From assembly GCF_009914755.1 (NCBI RefSeq), contig NC_060927.1: a stretch of DNA of 64,000 nt. The stretch is one strand, 5' to 3'. Below, piece by piece: positions 52,285-64,000 of the stretch. Position 1 is the stretch's first letter. Each line of letters starts with the position of its first letter. Made by a program: the position numbers and the translations under genes. The DNA is from the human T2T-CHM13v2.0 reference genome, Homo sapiens. The notes under the pieces were generated by a model that was not told the DNA's origin, made no database searches, and saw only the letters and a list, made by a program, of their open reading frames with translations.

Positions 52285-53462
52285 CCTTCCATTGTAGCAG
52301 GAGAAGCCAAATTTGTATATCTGGCTCCACTTGGGGTACCTTAGGGGGCAAGTTCATTCCTCCCCAGTGGGTGAGAGACCATTCTGGGGCCTACTCCAGA
52401 GCCAGCCCAACTCATGGGGTAGAAGATGAGCCCTGTGAGAGAAGGGATTCCTCTTACTTTGCATCTTAATTCTATCAGCACATTGGGCATATGATGTGTA
52501 ATAAACATGGGGTGAAATTCCGAATTCTGTTTAATAAATTTATTTTCCTCAGAGGCCCCATGGGCTATTAATCCAAGGAAAGCCAATGCTATGCTTGATC
52601 TTAGCAAAAGTGATGAAAAGCAGCTATATTATAAGAAATAATTAGGCTTGAGTTGAGGGATTATAAAATAAATGGACATGTGGAATCTTAATTTCCTTCC
52701 TGAGCCTTCAGAAAAGTTGAGATGCAGATTCTGCAACTGGAATTTAAAAAGAATTCAAGGTCATTTAACTCTTCCTCTTGCTAGAACTTCATGTAACCAT
52801 CTCAGGCAGACAGCAACATCTCCTATTAAAGAAACTCTCAGGAGAGTCTGTAGATAGGGTTCCTTGTCACCTCATCAGAGATAACTGCAAAAACATCCAT
52901 TAACCATAGGCCACTGAGCAAATACTCCATTGCCTGCTGGGGTAGTAGCATTCTGGCACCCAGATGGGAAAGTTAATCCCAAATATCTGCCTTTGGCTAG
53001 AGAAGGGAGCTTTGATGACTGATCCTTATCACCAGAAATCTTTTCTTACTCATCTGTATCCCCAATATGCAGCCCAGAGCTTGGCAGACAGCAGGCATTA
53101 TTTATGAGCCTTCCGAAGGAACCCTGAAGATAATGGCTTCTATGTAAGCACTTTCTGTCCCCAGGTTGGAATCCATTTGGAAAATCATTTTCAACAAACT
53201 CATTTTATTAATTACTGTAACAATCCAGGACTATATAGAGAAAACAAAATGGAAAGAAATTAAAACACAGAACCTATCAAGGCATAAAATGTTTGGAAAC
53301 AATAGTTTGAATTTGTTCTCAAGGTACTTCAGTGCCTCTGAAATCACAGTCAATAATGCAGCTGGTGTGAAGATTGAATAAGATGACTTTATTGTTAGAA
53401 CAAAATAAAAACACTTATCAAGTGATGTGGCATTGTAGACTTTACTGTTTTACTACTTAAAT

Positions 53463-54310
53463 TTTTTTCTTAACAGCTTCCATGAGATATAATTTACATA
53501 CCATATAATCTACACATTTAAAGTGTACAATTATCTAGTTTTTCATATAGTTACAGATATGTGCAACCATCACCTTAAGTTTTAGAATGTTTTCATCACT
53601 TCAAATGGAAACCCAGTATCATCTCCCTATCTCTTCATCTCTTCCCTAGCCCTAAGCAACTGTGAAACTATTTTCTGTCTCTGTAGTTTCCCTGTTCTGG
53701 ATATTTTATATGAATGTAATCATATAGTATGTGGTCTTTGCGTTTTGCTCCTTTTACTTTGCACAATGTTTTCAAGGTTTATGCGTGTTGTAGCATGCAC
53801 CAAATCTTCATTCCTTTTGATAGTGGCATAATATTCCATTGCATGGATATACTGCATTTTGTTTAAACATTTATCAGTTGATGGACATTTGGGTTGTTTC
53901 TACCTTTTGGCTATTATGAATAATGTTGCCATAAACATTTATAAACAATTTTTTTTTGTGGAAATATGGTTTTATATCTCTTAGGTGTATACCTAGGTGT
54001 AGAATTGATGGGTCACATGGCAGTTCTCTGTTCAATTATTTGAGGAACTGCCAGACTGTTTCCCAGAATAGCTGCACAATTTTACATTTCCATCAGCAAT
54101 GTGTGAGAATTCTAATTCTCCACATCCTTCCCAACATTTATTATTTTCCATTTTTGTTTTTTAAAATATTTTATTATAGCATTAAAGTGGATAGAAAGTG
54201 ATCTGTCATTTGTGGTTTTGATTTGAATTTCCCTAATGACTAATGAGATTGGACATCTTTTCATGTGCTTATTGTCCGTTTGTATATCTTCCTTGTAAAA
54301 ATGTCTATTG
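53463..54310 (-). mobile_element. L1MB-class 3' fragment
   Basis: ttaacagcttccatgagatataatttacataccatataatctacacatttaaagtgtacaatt...gtggttttgatttgaatttccctaatgactaatgag. Confidence 0.85.
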
Positions 54311-54799
54311 TTCTTTTATTTTTAATATTTAATTTTCTTAAGCCTCATCTAAAAAGAGGTTGTAATGACTACTTGCTAATAGGAGTAAATGAAATAGTAC
54401 ATACATTTAGCTTGCATTCAGCTCCCAACTGACAATTCTAATTATTATGATTACACACAACATCTCTGAGCCTCTGTTTTCTTACCTCTATTGTTCTGAA
54501 GTCCTTTAATTATTCTCCTATTATATCACAATTATAATATAAAAGTAATCACTGGTATTTAACATTAAAGAATGTTTTGTGCTAAATCTTAATATATAGA
54601 ATTACTTGATTTCTGCCAATTATGATCTTGGTACTTGATATTGACCCTCCCTTACCTGAAGCATTAATGACAGTGAAATGGACATCCTGGGACTTCACGT
54701 GGAGGCACAGTGTGCAAAGCTCAGATTTCATATAGTATGAGGCTGGTATTATAAAAACAATCACTTATATACCACTTACTGTATGCCATGCTGTAAGTG

Positions 54800-54864
54800 C
54801 TCTCTCTCTCTGTCTCTCCCTGTATATGCACACACACGCGCGCACGCACACACACACACACACA
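54800..54864. repeat. Compound (CT)n-(CA)n(CG)n(CA)n microsatellite
   Basis: ctctctctctctgtctctcc...gcacacacacgcgcgcacgcacacacacacacacaca. Confidence 0.85.
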
Positions 54865-54879
54865 ATCATCACACAGTGT

Positions 54880-55505
54880 TCATGGGAATAATGAACACAT
54901 AATTACTGAGTACCTGCTATGTGCCGGTCCCAGTGCCATATGCTGGTGATTTAATGGTGAGTGAAAAGAACAAGGTTTCTTTCTGCCCTCAGAGCCTGCA
55001 ATGTAGAGGGGAAGTGACATTGTTCACATACTCCCACCAATGAATGTAAATTACACTGAGATAGAAGCTGTGGGGGAGTGGACATGGTGCCATGCTTATG
55101 CATGCTGAAGGGAATTGCTTTTCTGGGGAAATAATAATTAAGCTGAGAGGCAAAAGGAGTGCCTGTTAGGGATTGAGAAGTGAGGTGCCAGAGGGAAGAG
55201 CAGGAGACAATGTCCTTAGCTGGAGGACAGTTGCAGCGCAGGGCTGTTGGAGTATAGACACCAAGAGAGAAAGTGCAATGTATGATGTGGGCAACTGCCC
55301 TGTAAGCCTCCTGAGGGATCTTGATCTTTATTCTAAGAGCAATAGAAAGTGATTAAAAGATTGTGATTAGAGGGGTTACATGATGAGTTTTCTGTTACGC
55401 TGGCTGTAGTGTGGGAAACAAAGAGGAAGGGCCCTGAGGGGCCTGGGGAGACCAGTATAGCAGAGACTCAAGCAAGTTGGAGAGGTCCAAGTTAATAAGG
55501 CAGAT
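54880..55505 (-). mobile_element. L2 fragment
   Basis: ttactgagtacctgctatgtgccgg...ctgccctcagagcctgcaatgtag...gatcttgatctttattctaagagcaatagaaag. Confidence 0.7.
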
Positions 55506-56259
55506 GACTCTGTGCTGGCATGATTTGCCTTTGTAAGGCCTGGGTATTTGTCTTCCCAGTCGTGCTGTGGGCTGCTTTCCAGGTGCCAGCCAGCACCTGA
55601 CAAGGCAAATCAATTTCCCAGACACGCATGCATGTGATGCAGAGGTATTAACGTGGAAAAACTGAGCCCATCCTGAATGCTATTCTGTTATAAATCATAG
55701 AATGCCTGGGATGCAGCTCCCTCTTGTTGCCATTTTATCCCTTGGTGTCCTGCAGGACCTAACCTTATGTCCCATCTCTTTCTTGATGTCTTTTTCCACC
55801 ACTTTGCCCCCTTTGATCTTCCTTTTTCTGGACTCTTACTGGATTTTGTCATCTTTTCCTAGTTTGAGCTTTGCAAGGTCAGTGCTTAGAGTCTTTATTG
55901 CATTTGGGCCGCCTGCTGTCCCCAGGTGAATATACCTCCTTATGACCTAATGTTTCCAACAGCTGGGCTCTCCACGGGGAAGGTTAAGAGCAAAAGATAG
56001 TAGCATTCACTTCTATTAAATAATACTCAAGACTAAAAGATGTTAGAATTACTTTTACTAGAAATACTGAACTGACACATTAGCTTACATAAATAATCAT
56101 TGGATTTAAATAGATAATTACCACTGCTATTGAGAGGGGCTATTTTTGTGTGTTGTTTTACCTATTTTTTTTGGTCTATTCTCAATGCTATAGCCCAAGC
56201 ATCTAGAGGAGTGCCCAACACATAGTAATTACGTTTGTTGGCTGGATGAGGGGAAATAA

Positions 56260-56790
56260 CTGAATACTTCTTACATGTCAAGCATTGTTCTAGGTGTTTA
56301 ATTGGATAATTTCACATAGTCTTTACAGCAACCCTAAGAGCTGCGTTTATTATTATCCCTCTAAAGTATTGCTGCCCCATAGAAATATAATGTGAGGTGA
56401 GTATGAAATTTCAAATTTTATGGTATACACATTAAAAAGTAAAATGAAACAGGTAAAATGTTTATAGTATACCTTATTTAAATCTAAACTATTATTATTT
56501 GAACATGTAATCAACATAAAAATTTAATATTTTACATTCTTTTTTTGTAGTAAGCCTTTGAAACTGCGTATTTCACAATTCCAGCATGTCTCAATTCAGA
56601 GTAGCTGCATTTCTAGTGCTCTATAGTCACATGGCTACTAGTAGGCTGCCGTATTGGCCAGCAAAGCTCTAGAGCTTAGGATAGTTAACGTGCCCAAAGT
56701 CCCAAGGTAGCAAGTTGCAGACCTGGAATTCAAATCTAGGCCACTTGGCTCTAGAACTCTGGTCTTAATCACCATGCATGCTGCCTCCTA
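56260..56790 (-). mobile_element. MIR split by a MER33 element (~56365-56670)
   Basis: tttacagcaaccctaagag...tattattatccct [gctgccccatagaaatataatgtgag...cacatggctactagtaggctgccgtattggccagcaaag] gttaacgtgcccaaagtc...ggaattcaaatctagg. Confidence 0.75.
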
Positions 56791-57444
56791 ATGAGCTACA
56801 ATTTGGAGCAGATTTAAGGAACACCTAGATATAATTGGCAACTTATTAATCTTTAATCATTATCAAGTTGCAGTCAATATAACCTTGTGGTTTTCTGAGA
56901 CTTGAATAGAAGATATTTTTCCAGTTTCTGCTCAACCTTTTCTTGGAGTTGGCTTCCTCTGGGGTTTGTTGCCTGTTCCAGGTGTTCAGGCCAGCTTGCT
57001 GTCAAAGCCCTTCCAAGGGGATGCCATGAGCACAATTTCTCTCTGTAATAGGTGCAAATGGCAGAAAGGGTCTGCCCACTTTGCTTAGACTGTTTGAAGA
57101 AAGGGAAAGCATGGCCTTCATCTTGCCCATTTTTGACCATGAGATTCCTGCTGTGCTCTCCTTGGCTTCCTTGCTGTTTCCAAAACTTTATGATCAAACT
57201 GAACTGGGAAGAAAACCAGAGTTCTCCTGAAAGCCTTTTCCATCAGCCTTTTCTATCACTTTGAACTTAGAGTTATATTACTTCAGCATTTAAGCTGACT
57301 ACTTCTTTGTAAACCATTGCAACTCCGGATATCATATTTTGTTTTGGAAAATCTGGTTTTTAAAAGGGAGAATCTTATCTTTTTTTTCTGTTACAAATTC
57401 GCAGATATAAGAAATCATCACCATTTCTACCATTTAGCACTTGG

Positions 57445-58500
57445 TCATTGTTTAGTTTTTTATTGCTGTGAAACAGAACAACCACCAAATTTAGGATCTT
57501 AAAACATCCATTTTATTTCACTCATGATTTTGCAGGTCAGGAATTGTAAAAGGACTGGACTGGGCAATTCATCTCTGAATGAATGTGGCATCGCTGGGGA
57601 CAGGCCTCCAGTCATCTGCTGCATAACAGTGTTTCAGTCAATAACAGACCACATAGACAGTGATGGACTTCTGGGAAGCTAAAGTTAACTTACTACTGAG
57701 AAAAATATTTTAAAAAATAAATGTAGTGTAGCCTAAGTGTACAGTGTTTATAAGATCTACAGTAGTGTACAGTAATGTCCTAGATCATCACATTTGCTCA
57801 CCACTCACTTACCCAGAGCACTTGCAGTCCTGAAAGCTCCATGGTAAGTGCTCTATACAATTGTTCCATTTTTAATCCTTTTATACTATATTTTTACCAT
57901 ACTTTCATATGTTTTGGTACACAAACATTTATCATTGTGTTACAATTACCTACAAACTCAATACAGTAACATACTATACAAGTTTGTTGCCTAGGAGCAA
58001 TAGGCTATACCACATACCATCTAGGTCTGTGGGTGTACACTCTATGGTGTTGCTACAACAACAAAATTGCCTAACAACACATTTTTCAGAATGTCCCTGT
58101 TGTTATGTGACGCATGACTGTGCTTCCAGGACAGCTTCATCATCCGTATGTCTGGTTCTCAGTACTTGCTTTCCACATGTTATCTTACCCTCTAGGGTCT
58201 CTCCAATGTTGCTTAGGTGTCACAAAATGGTGGTTACATGGTTTCATGGTGGTCACTGTTCTTAAATGGTGACTGACTTCCAAGAGGTAGGAAGCAGAAA
58301 CTATCAAGCCAGCTAAGGAACATGCCTGAAAATGGTGCAACATCACTTCTGCTATATTCTGTTGATGAGAAAGCAGGTTCAGAATCTTGGCCCAACCAGA
58401 TTCAAGGGGATGGAGAAATAGATTCTACCTCTTGATGAAGATGTGTCAACCTGCATTGCATAAGAGCTTGTGGGGTGGGAAATATTCTTTGGAAAATGCA
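57445..58500 (-). mobile_element. MLT1 (G/H-like) MaLR LTR split by Tigger3
   Basis: ttagttttttattgctgtgaaacagaacaaccaccaaatttagg...ggtcaggaatt; resumes ttccaagaggtaggaagcagaaact...agattcaaggggatggagaaatagattctacctcttgatg. Confidence 0.75.
57609..58120. mobile_element. Tigger3 (MER7) internally deleted TcMar element
   Basis: TIRs cagtcatctgctgcataac ... gttatgtgacgcatgactg; internal gtgtagcctaagtgtacagtgtttataa and cctaggagcaataggctataccac. Confidence 0.85.
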
Positions 58501-58889
58501 ACTAACCAAATATATGCCATTTGGGGTGGTGTTTGTCTCATATCAGCCTATCTTTTCTGCCATTGAGATAATAAACATCTCCTTATACCTTCTTTTCTAA
58601 CTTGTAGTCTGTAAAGGCCAATATCATCCTAATATGCACTAAATAATTATTATTGATTCGATGATATGGCATCCAAAGATAAATTCATAGTTGAAATTTT
58701 AGGAAAAAATATAATACCTATTTTTACCATATATGAAAACTGGCTTTAGCCAAATGGTTTACTTATATTGCCCAAATGTTTTGTTGTTCCCTTTCTGTAC
58801 CTACCTTTACCATTTCTTTTTACCTTTCTAAATCATCCTTTAAGATTCGTCTTATAATAATCCTCCTCCACAATATCTTTCAGATTAAT

Positions 58890-59041
58890 GAGGGATGGCA
58901 GCTGCTCCTTGTTCTGTCTCTGTGTTATATCAGCATTCTCTTTTTGTTTTCACCCTCCAACACCAATTCCCTATGTTACATTTTCTCTGTTGAAATACCT
59001 AGTGTGGTGTCTGTGTTCCTGACTGGACCCTGACTGGTACA
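58890..59041 (+). mobile_element. LTR33/LTR16-like ERVL LTR 3' fragment
   Basis: ccaattccctatgttacattttctctgttgaaatacctagtgtggtgtctgtgttcctgactggaccctgactggtaca. Confidence 0.55.
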
Positions 59042-59046
59042 CTGTC

Positions 59047-59460
59047 TGTCTTAGTCCATTTTGTGCTGCTCTAATAGAATTCCACTGACTGGGTAATTTG
59101 TAATAAACAGAAATTTACTTGGCTTACAGTTCTGGAGGCTGGGAAGTCCAAGAGCATGGCACCAGCATCTGGCAAGGGCCTTTGTGCTGCATCATCCCAT
59201 GGTGGAAAGCAAAAGGGCAAGAGGGGGTGAGAGTGAGAAAGCAAGAGGGGTTCAAATTTACTTTTATAGCAAACCTAAACACAATGGGTAAAGTTACCCA
59301 TGCCTGCAATAACTAACTCCTAAAATGACATTAATCTATTCATAAGGGCTGAGTCCTCATGACCTAATCACCTCTTATTAGGCCTCATCTCCCAACACTG
59401 TTGCACTGGGGATTAAGTCTCCCACAAATCAACTTTGGGGGCCATATTCAAACCATGGCA
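59047..59460 (-). mobile_element. MSTB-like MaLR solo LTR
   Basis: tgtcttagtccattttgtgctgctctaatagaattccac...cagttctggaggctgggaagtccaagagcatggcaccagcatctgg...catattcaaaccatggca. Confidence 0.85.
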
Positions 59461-60421
59461 CCATCCATACCACTGATTTAATAATTGTGTATGGCTTTGC
59501 GACATGTCCTGTAGATGCCCTGAGCTGTTATTTATATTTTTATTACTATCTTCTCACATTTTTCTTGCTTTTCCTGTTTGTATTTTAAACTCCTTGAGAC
59601 AAGAGATTATATGTTATGTTTCTTTGTGTTTCACATAACATTTTGCAAGGCATCATGTACTTAGTGTGTGTTCCTGTCTCACAGCAAGCAATACATGTTT
59701 GTCAGAGTTTTGAGTGGATTTGGCCATCAGGGATAGCAGATGTGGGGTCCAAGCCCTTCCTGAATGGTCAGGGCAAAGGGATTGATTGCTTATAGGGCTG
59801 GATATGTTTTCCTCCTGAGCTGTCATTAATTGATGAGCTGATGGTGGATGGGACACAGTTATAAAATGTTTACTCCATGGTTGTTAGTTTAGGAGATGAC
59901 ATTCTGTGTCAGCTGAAACACTTTAAACTGATATTTGGAAACACTATTCCTCGAAGTAATTTTCTCCTCAAGTTGAGGTAATTCTGGTTGTTCCTAGGGT
60001 TACTGAAATGACTTGTTTTATTCGTTCAAGTCAATTTTGAAAGTAGTTTGTCTTGAACACATACCTAGGTTATCAAGATTGAACTTAAATAAAGTTGTTT
60101 AAATTTGGAGTAGCGAAATGGATGTGAGATGATTTTTGCTTTGATGTTTGTGACATTGTCTCTATATGACCTTGAAGGTTTAAGAAAAAAATATCTTTAC
60201 AGTGTATTTAAAGATTTTTTTTTTTGGGACAATATCTGTGATTGTTTATGCTTCAGCATTTTATGGTAAAGTAGGAATTACTCTGCTAAACTACATGACT
60301 GGTTTTCATCTTTCCCCCCAAGCAACCCAAACGTTTCATTTTATCAGAGTTTAATTTCTCCATAACATTACTTTGCTGCATTGAAGAACTTCCATGGCCT
60401 AGCCTTTTCAATTTCTCCTAG

Positions 60422-60454
60422 ACTGTCACATACGCAAAGGAATGGACTGAACAG
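60422..60454 (+). other. Candidate 33-nt cassette exon of an unidentified + strand transcript
   Basis: Acceptor ccttttcaatttctcctAG|, donor CAG|GTAAGT, length divisible by 3, two open frames (TVTYAKEWTEQ or LSHTQRNGLN), in repeat-free sequence. Confidence 0.5.
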
Positions 60455-62525
60455 GTAAGTCCTGCCTGATTCTTGTCCTTGCTTTGCTCACCTGGTTGTG
60501 AGTTTGGGTAAAATAATTTATTTATTCAGGTGTCAGAATCTGGATAATGGGGATTTTTGTGATATCTTTTACTTTCTTTTTGATCAAACAAATGTATTGA
60601 TTAATGTATTACATTTGGTTGCAAGATAGAATCCATTAGAACAAATCTTTCTTTCTTCTTTCTTGGTAATGGTTCTTGTCCAGACATGTGTGTCATTTGG
60701 AGAAGGGTTAAAGACCACAGTAGCATCAATGCTAATGGGAAGCCCAGTCATCTGGAATGCTTCTCTACTGAATATCAAAATAAGTGGTTAAAATTTAAAA
60801 CTCTCACCTACATGGCTTGTCTCTGTGTTAAAAAGTACAGATTTGCAGAATCTGCTAAGGAGTATGTAACAACGCACCTGCCAAAGCAATTAAGAAAAAT
60901 ACATAAAACATTAAAAAATAAGTACAAATTGAATTATCCATTTCTTAAAGTTGGCAGTATTAAGGATTGTGTTTTGTTTGTTTTCATTTTGTTTAAATTA
61001 CATTTTAACTTGAACTATGTCCATGAAATGAAACTCATTATCAATTGTCATTATCCAGTTTTATGCAGTTGACTACACAACCATTCCAGCACCTCTCTTT
61101 TTTGTCATTTTTCTTGTGTTCATAAATAATTTGAATCCTTTAATAATGTTTGATGCTTTCTGATTCTGGGGTGATTTAAGATAAGTGTAATTTATTAAGA
61201 ATTTCAGATGCTTGCACAAGTGTTTGTGGATCGGGGATTAGTAGTGTATCCATGAAGGGATAAATCAAGGCACTGAGGCAAAATCCATGGGCTGTTTTAA
61301 AGAAGGGATGCCTTTATTGCTCTCAAAAGTGCTTGAAAATTAAATGTTTGATTTATTATGGCTGTGTACACATAGAGCTCAAATTATTCATGTATCATTT
61401 GGAAAATGTAAAATGCTTAATGTTCTGACATTATGTGATAATTGCTATTCTAATATATAGTGTCTACTAAATCTTTCTGGGAGCGGCTGACGGTGGCATT
61501 GATATACAGGAGCACATGCTTTGTGTACAAGTAAATCATTCTTCCATTGAATTAAGGCCAAGGAGGGAGCATTGAGTGGAACTTAAAGTGATATTACAGT
61601 GTCTGGTGCTGTTCTAATCAAGAAATATGTAGCAGTGCTAGTGAAAAATTGGCAGAAATACACAAAAATCCACTAAGGAGAAAATGCAATCAAAGATTTA
61701 TCAGTGCTGCTTTTGCAAAGTTTCCAGGAATTATGGCCATCACTCAGCAGAGTTGCTTTTCAAGGTTGATGCAATCTTAATTCTCGCTTTTTTGTTGGTC
61801 TCCCTCTCATGACAGGCATTGGAGTCATTCCCTTTTTGTGGGTGCTTATTCATTAGTGGGTTACAGTCCTGCCATTATTCACCTTCTGCGGATACCTGTC
61901 CACATTGACAAAAGGTAAAAGGGTCCACTGTAAAAGTGACTAGGGAAATAATTAAGGAAGAGGTACAGAATTGGTAATTTTATCTCCGAAATGCTAATGT
62001 ATGTAAACAGAACTCTCCAAGCAGGCATAAAGATGTAAGAAGCCCAATAGAATTCTTGTAGGAACTGGTTGACTAATTTTGAGTCTTCTCTTTAAGTTGT
62101 AGAAAGAAACTGCAGATACACTATTTTAGTACAGTTTGGCCTGTATCTGGGCACTCAATTCCTGCCATTGACAATATAGAGCTCAGTAACCAGGGGAAAG
62201 AGGAGTGTTCTGACCTACAAACACACCTCTTTTCTTTTCTGAAAATCAGAAGTAGTGGGACAGGCAGGACATTTCACTTGAAGAAAGTTATATATGAATG
62301 TGTTTTGGGGGTGTAGAGGTGAGGGATGGGGGAAGATAAATTAGGCTAGGTACTCTATGTTGATACTGGGATGGTGAATTCACTAAGCATCTTCAAGAAC
62401 CAACTGTATAAGGAGTGTTTATTAATTAGTAATACTAGAGAATGACCAAAGATCCATGAAAACATGGATCCTTTGCTCTTGAGATTCTTACTAACTAGAG
62501 GCTGGAGGTTCTGAGGAGTTCCAGA

Positions 62526-62527
<2 letters not shown>

Positions 62528-62563
<36 letters not shown>
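62528..62563. repeat. (AC)18 microsatellite
   Basis: Uninterrupted AC run. Confidence 0.95.
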
Positions 62564-62566
<3 letters not shown>

Positions 62567-62767
62567 AAATGACCTACCAGTGTGTGTGTCTGGTGAAGGT
62601 TGCAGCACTACTCACACTCATCTGAATTTCTTCATACTCTTTGTCCCTTCCTTATTCTTTGACACCAGAGTTTTGAAGCCCTGGTGTCTTATTGGTCTAA
62701 GCTGGTGCCGAAGGGAGGGAGATCCCAGATTCCAGAGGAGCTAACATTAGTACCAGATATTCTAAAA

Positions 62768-63205
62768 CAGTGGTTCTCAAACATTTTATTCACAAGACCC
62801 ATTTACACTCTTATTGAGGACTTCAAAGAGCTTTTGTTTATGAATGTTGTCTTTACTGATATTTACCATGTTTAAAAATTAAAATATTCATTTAAGAATA
62901 ATATCAGTAAACTCACTACTTATTAACACAAATAACACAGTCTTAATGAAAATATTACGTTTTTCAAAACAAAAAAATTGGAAGAGTGGCGTTGTTTTAC
63001 TTTTTTTTGCAAATCTCTTTAATGTCTGGCTTGATAAACAGCTGGATTCTCAGATTAGTTTCTGCATTCAGTTTGTTGTGATCTCAGATATCACACTGAC
63101 TCTGGAAAGCTCCACTGTATACTTGTAAAAAAAAAAGTGACTACAAAAAGCAAATCACGTCTCAGTATTAGTATGAAAATACTTGTGACCTTACAGCTTC
63201 CTGTG
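62768..63205. mobile_element. Charlie1-family hAT DNA transposon fossil
   Basis: cagtggttctcaaacatttt...gacccatttacactctta...caaagagcttttgtttatg...tttttgcaaatctctttaatgtctggctt. Confidence 0.8.
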
Positions 63206-63319
63206 ATGAAGACTTGAATCATATTACTTCACCTAATTTCTAACGAAGAAAGAAAGAGTGCTGTGATCTGATAGTTTGGGGAAACTGGCAGGCAGAGTCA
63301 CAGATTGGAAGCCATAGTC

Positions 63320-63408
63320 TAGAATTAGAGCCTTGGTTCTGCCAATTACATACTAGCTGTGTGACCTTGGCAAGTTAGTTAACCTCCTTATGCCTCAGTT
63401 TTTCCATC
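63320..63408 (+). mobile_element. MIR fragment, cut by the adjacent L1 insertion
   Basis: tactagctgtgtgaccttggcaagttagttaacctccttatgcctcagtttttccatc. Confidence 0.75.
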
Positions 63409-64000
63409 TTTATTTTATTTTAATTTAATTTAATTTAATTTTTTATTATACTTTAAGTTCTGGGGTACATGTGCAGAACGTGCAGTTTTGTTACATAGGT
63501 ATACACGTGCCATGGTGGTTTGCTGCACCCATCAACCCGTCACCTACATTGGTTATTTCTTCTAATGCTATCCCTCCCCCAGCCCCCAACCCCCCAACAG
63601 GCCCTGGTGTGTGATGTTCCCCTCCCTGTGCCCATGTGTTCTCATTGTTCAACTCCCCCTTATGAGTGAGAACGTGCAGGTTTGGTTTTCTGTTCTTGTG
63701 TTAGTTTGCTGAGAATGATGGTTTCCAGCTTCATCCATGTTCCTGCAAAAGACATGAACTCATCCTTTTTAATGGCTGCATAGTCTTCCATGGTGTATAT
63801 GTGCCACATTTTCTTTATCCAGTCTATCAATGATGGACATATGGGTTGGTTCCAAGTCTTTGCTATTGTGAATAGTGCTGCAATTACATACGCATGCATG
63901 TGTCTTCATAGTAGAATGATTTATAATCCTTTGGGTATATACCCAGTAATGGGATTGCTGGGTCAAATATTATTTCTAGTTCTGGATCCTTGAGGAATCG
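63409..64000 (-). mobile_element. L1PA7/8-like 3' end running off the window
   Basis: (ttaat)n/poly-T tail, gtacatgtgcagaacgtgcag...gctgcacccatcaacccgtca; ORF2 C-terminal remnant [14 protein letters not shown]...WMKLETIILSKL (63660-63899). Confidence 0.9.

Overview
This is primate, very probably human or great-ape, non-coding DNA. It is dominated by interspersed repeats: Alu (AluY/AluS), a near full-length decayed L1PB-type element at ~14.5-20.5 kb, younger 5'-truncated L1PA copies, old L1M, many L2/MIR relics, MaLR/ERVL/ERV1 solo LTRs, and hAT/Tigger fossils. No intact protein-coding gene, RNA gene or CpG island is evident; the only listed ORFs recognisable as protein are L1 ORF1/ORF2 remnants, and the rest look incidental. 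LTR and L1 orientation bias, plus a 33-nt exon-like unit with strong splice sites at 60422-60454, suggest the window lies in a large intron of a + strand transcription unit that I cannot name. The least-explained signals are: (i) a ~355-bp dispersed direct duplication (4426-4784 / 14039-14392) with a sharp internal change in divergence; (ii) the candidate frame-preserving microexon; (iii) a ~225-bp AT-rich but CpG-undepleted patch at ~46 kb; and (iv) several small template-switch-like scars inside L1 fossils. I see no evidence for a novel multi-gene system. Repeat subfamily names come from recalled consensus sequences and boundaries are approximate; RepeatMasker/Dfam would settle them.
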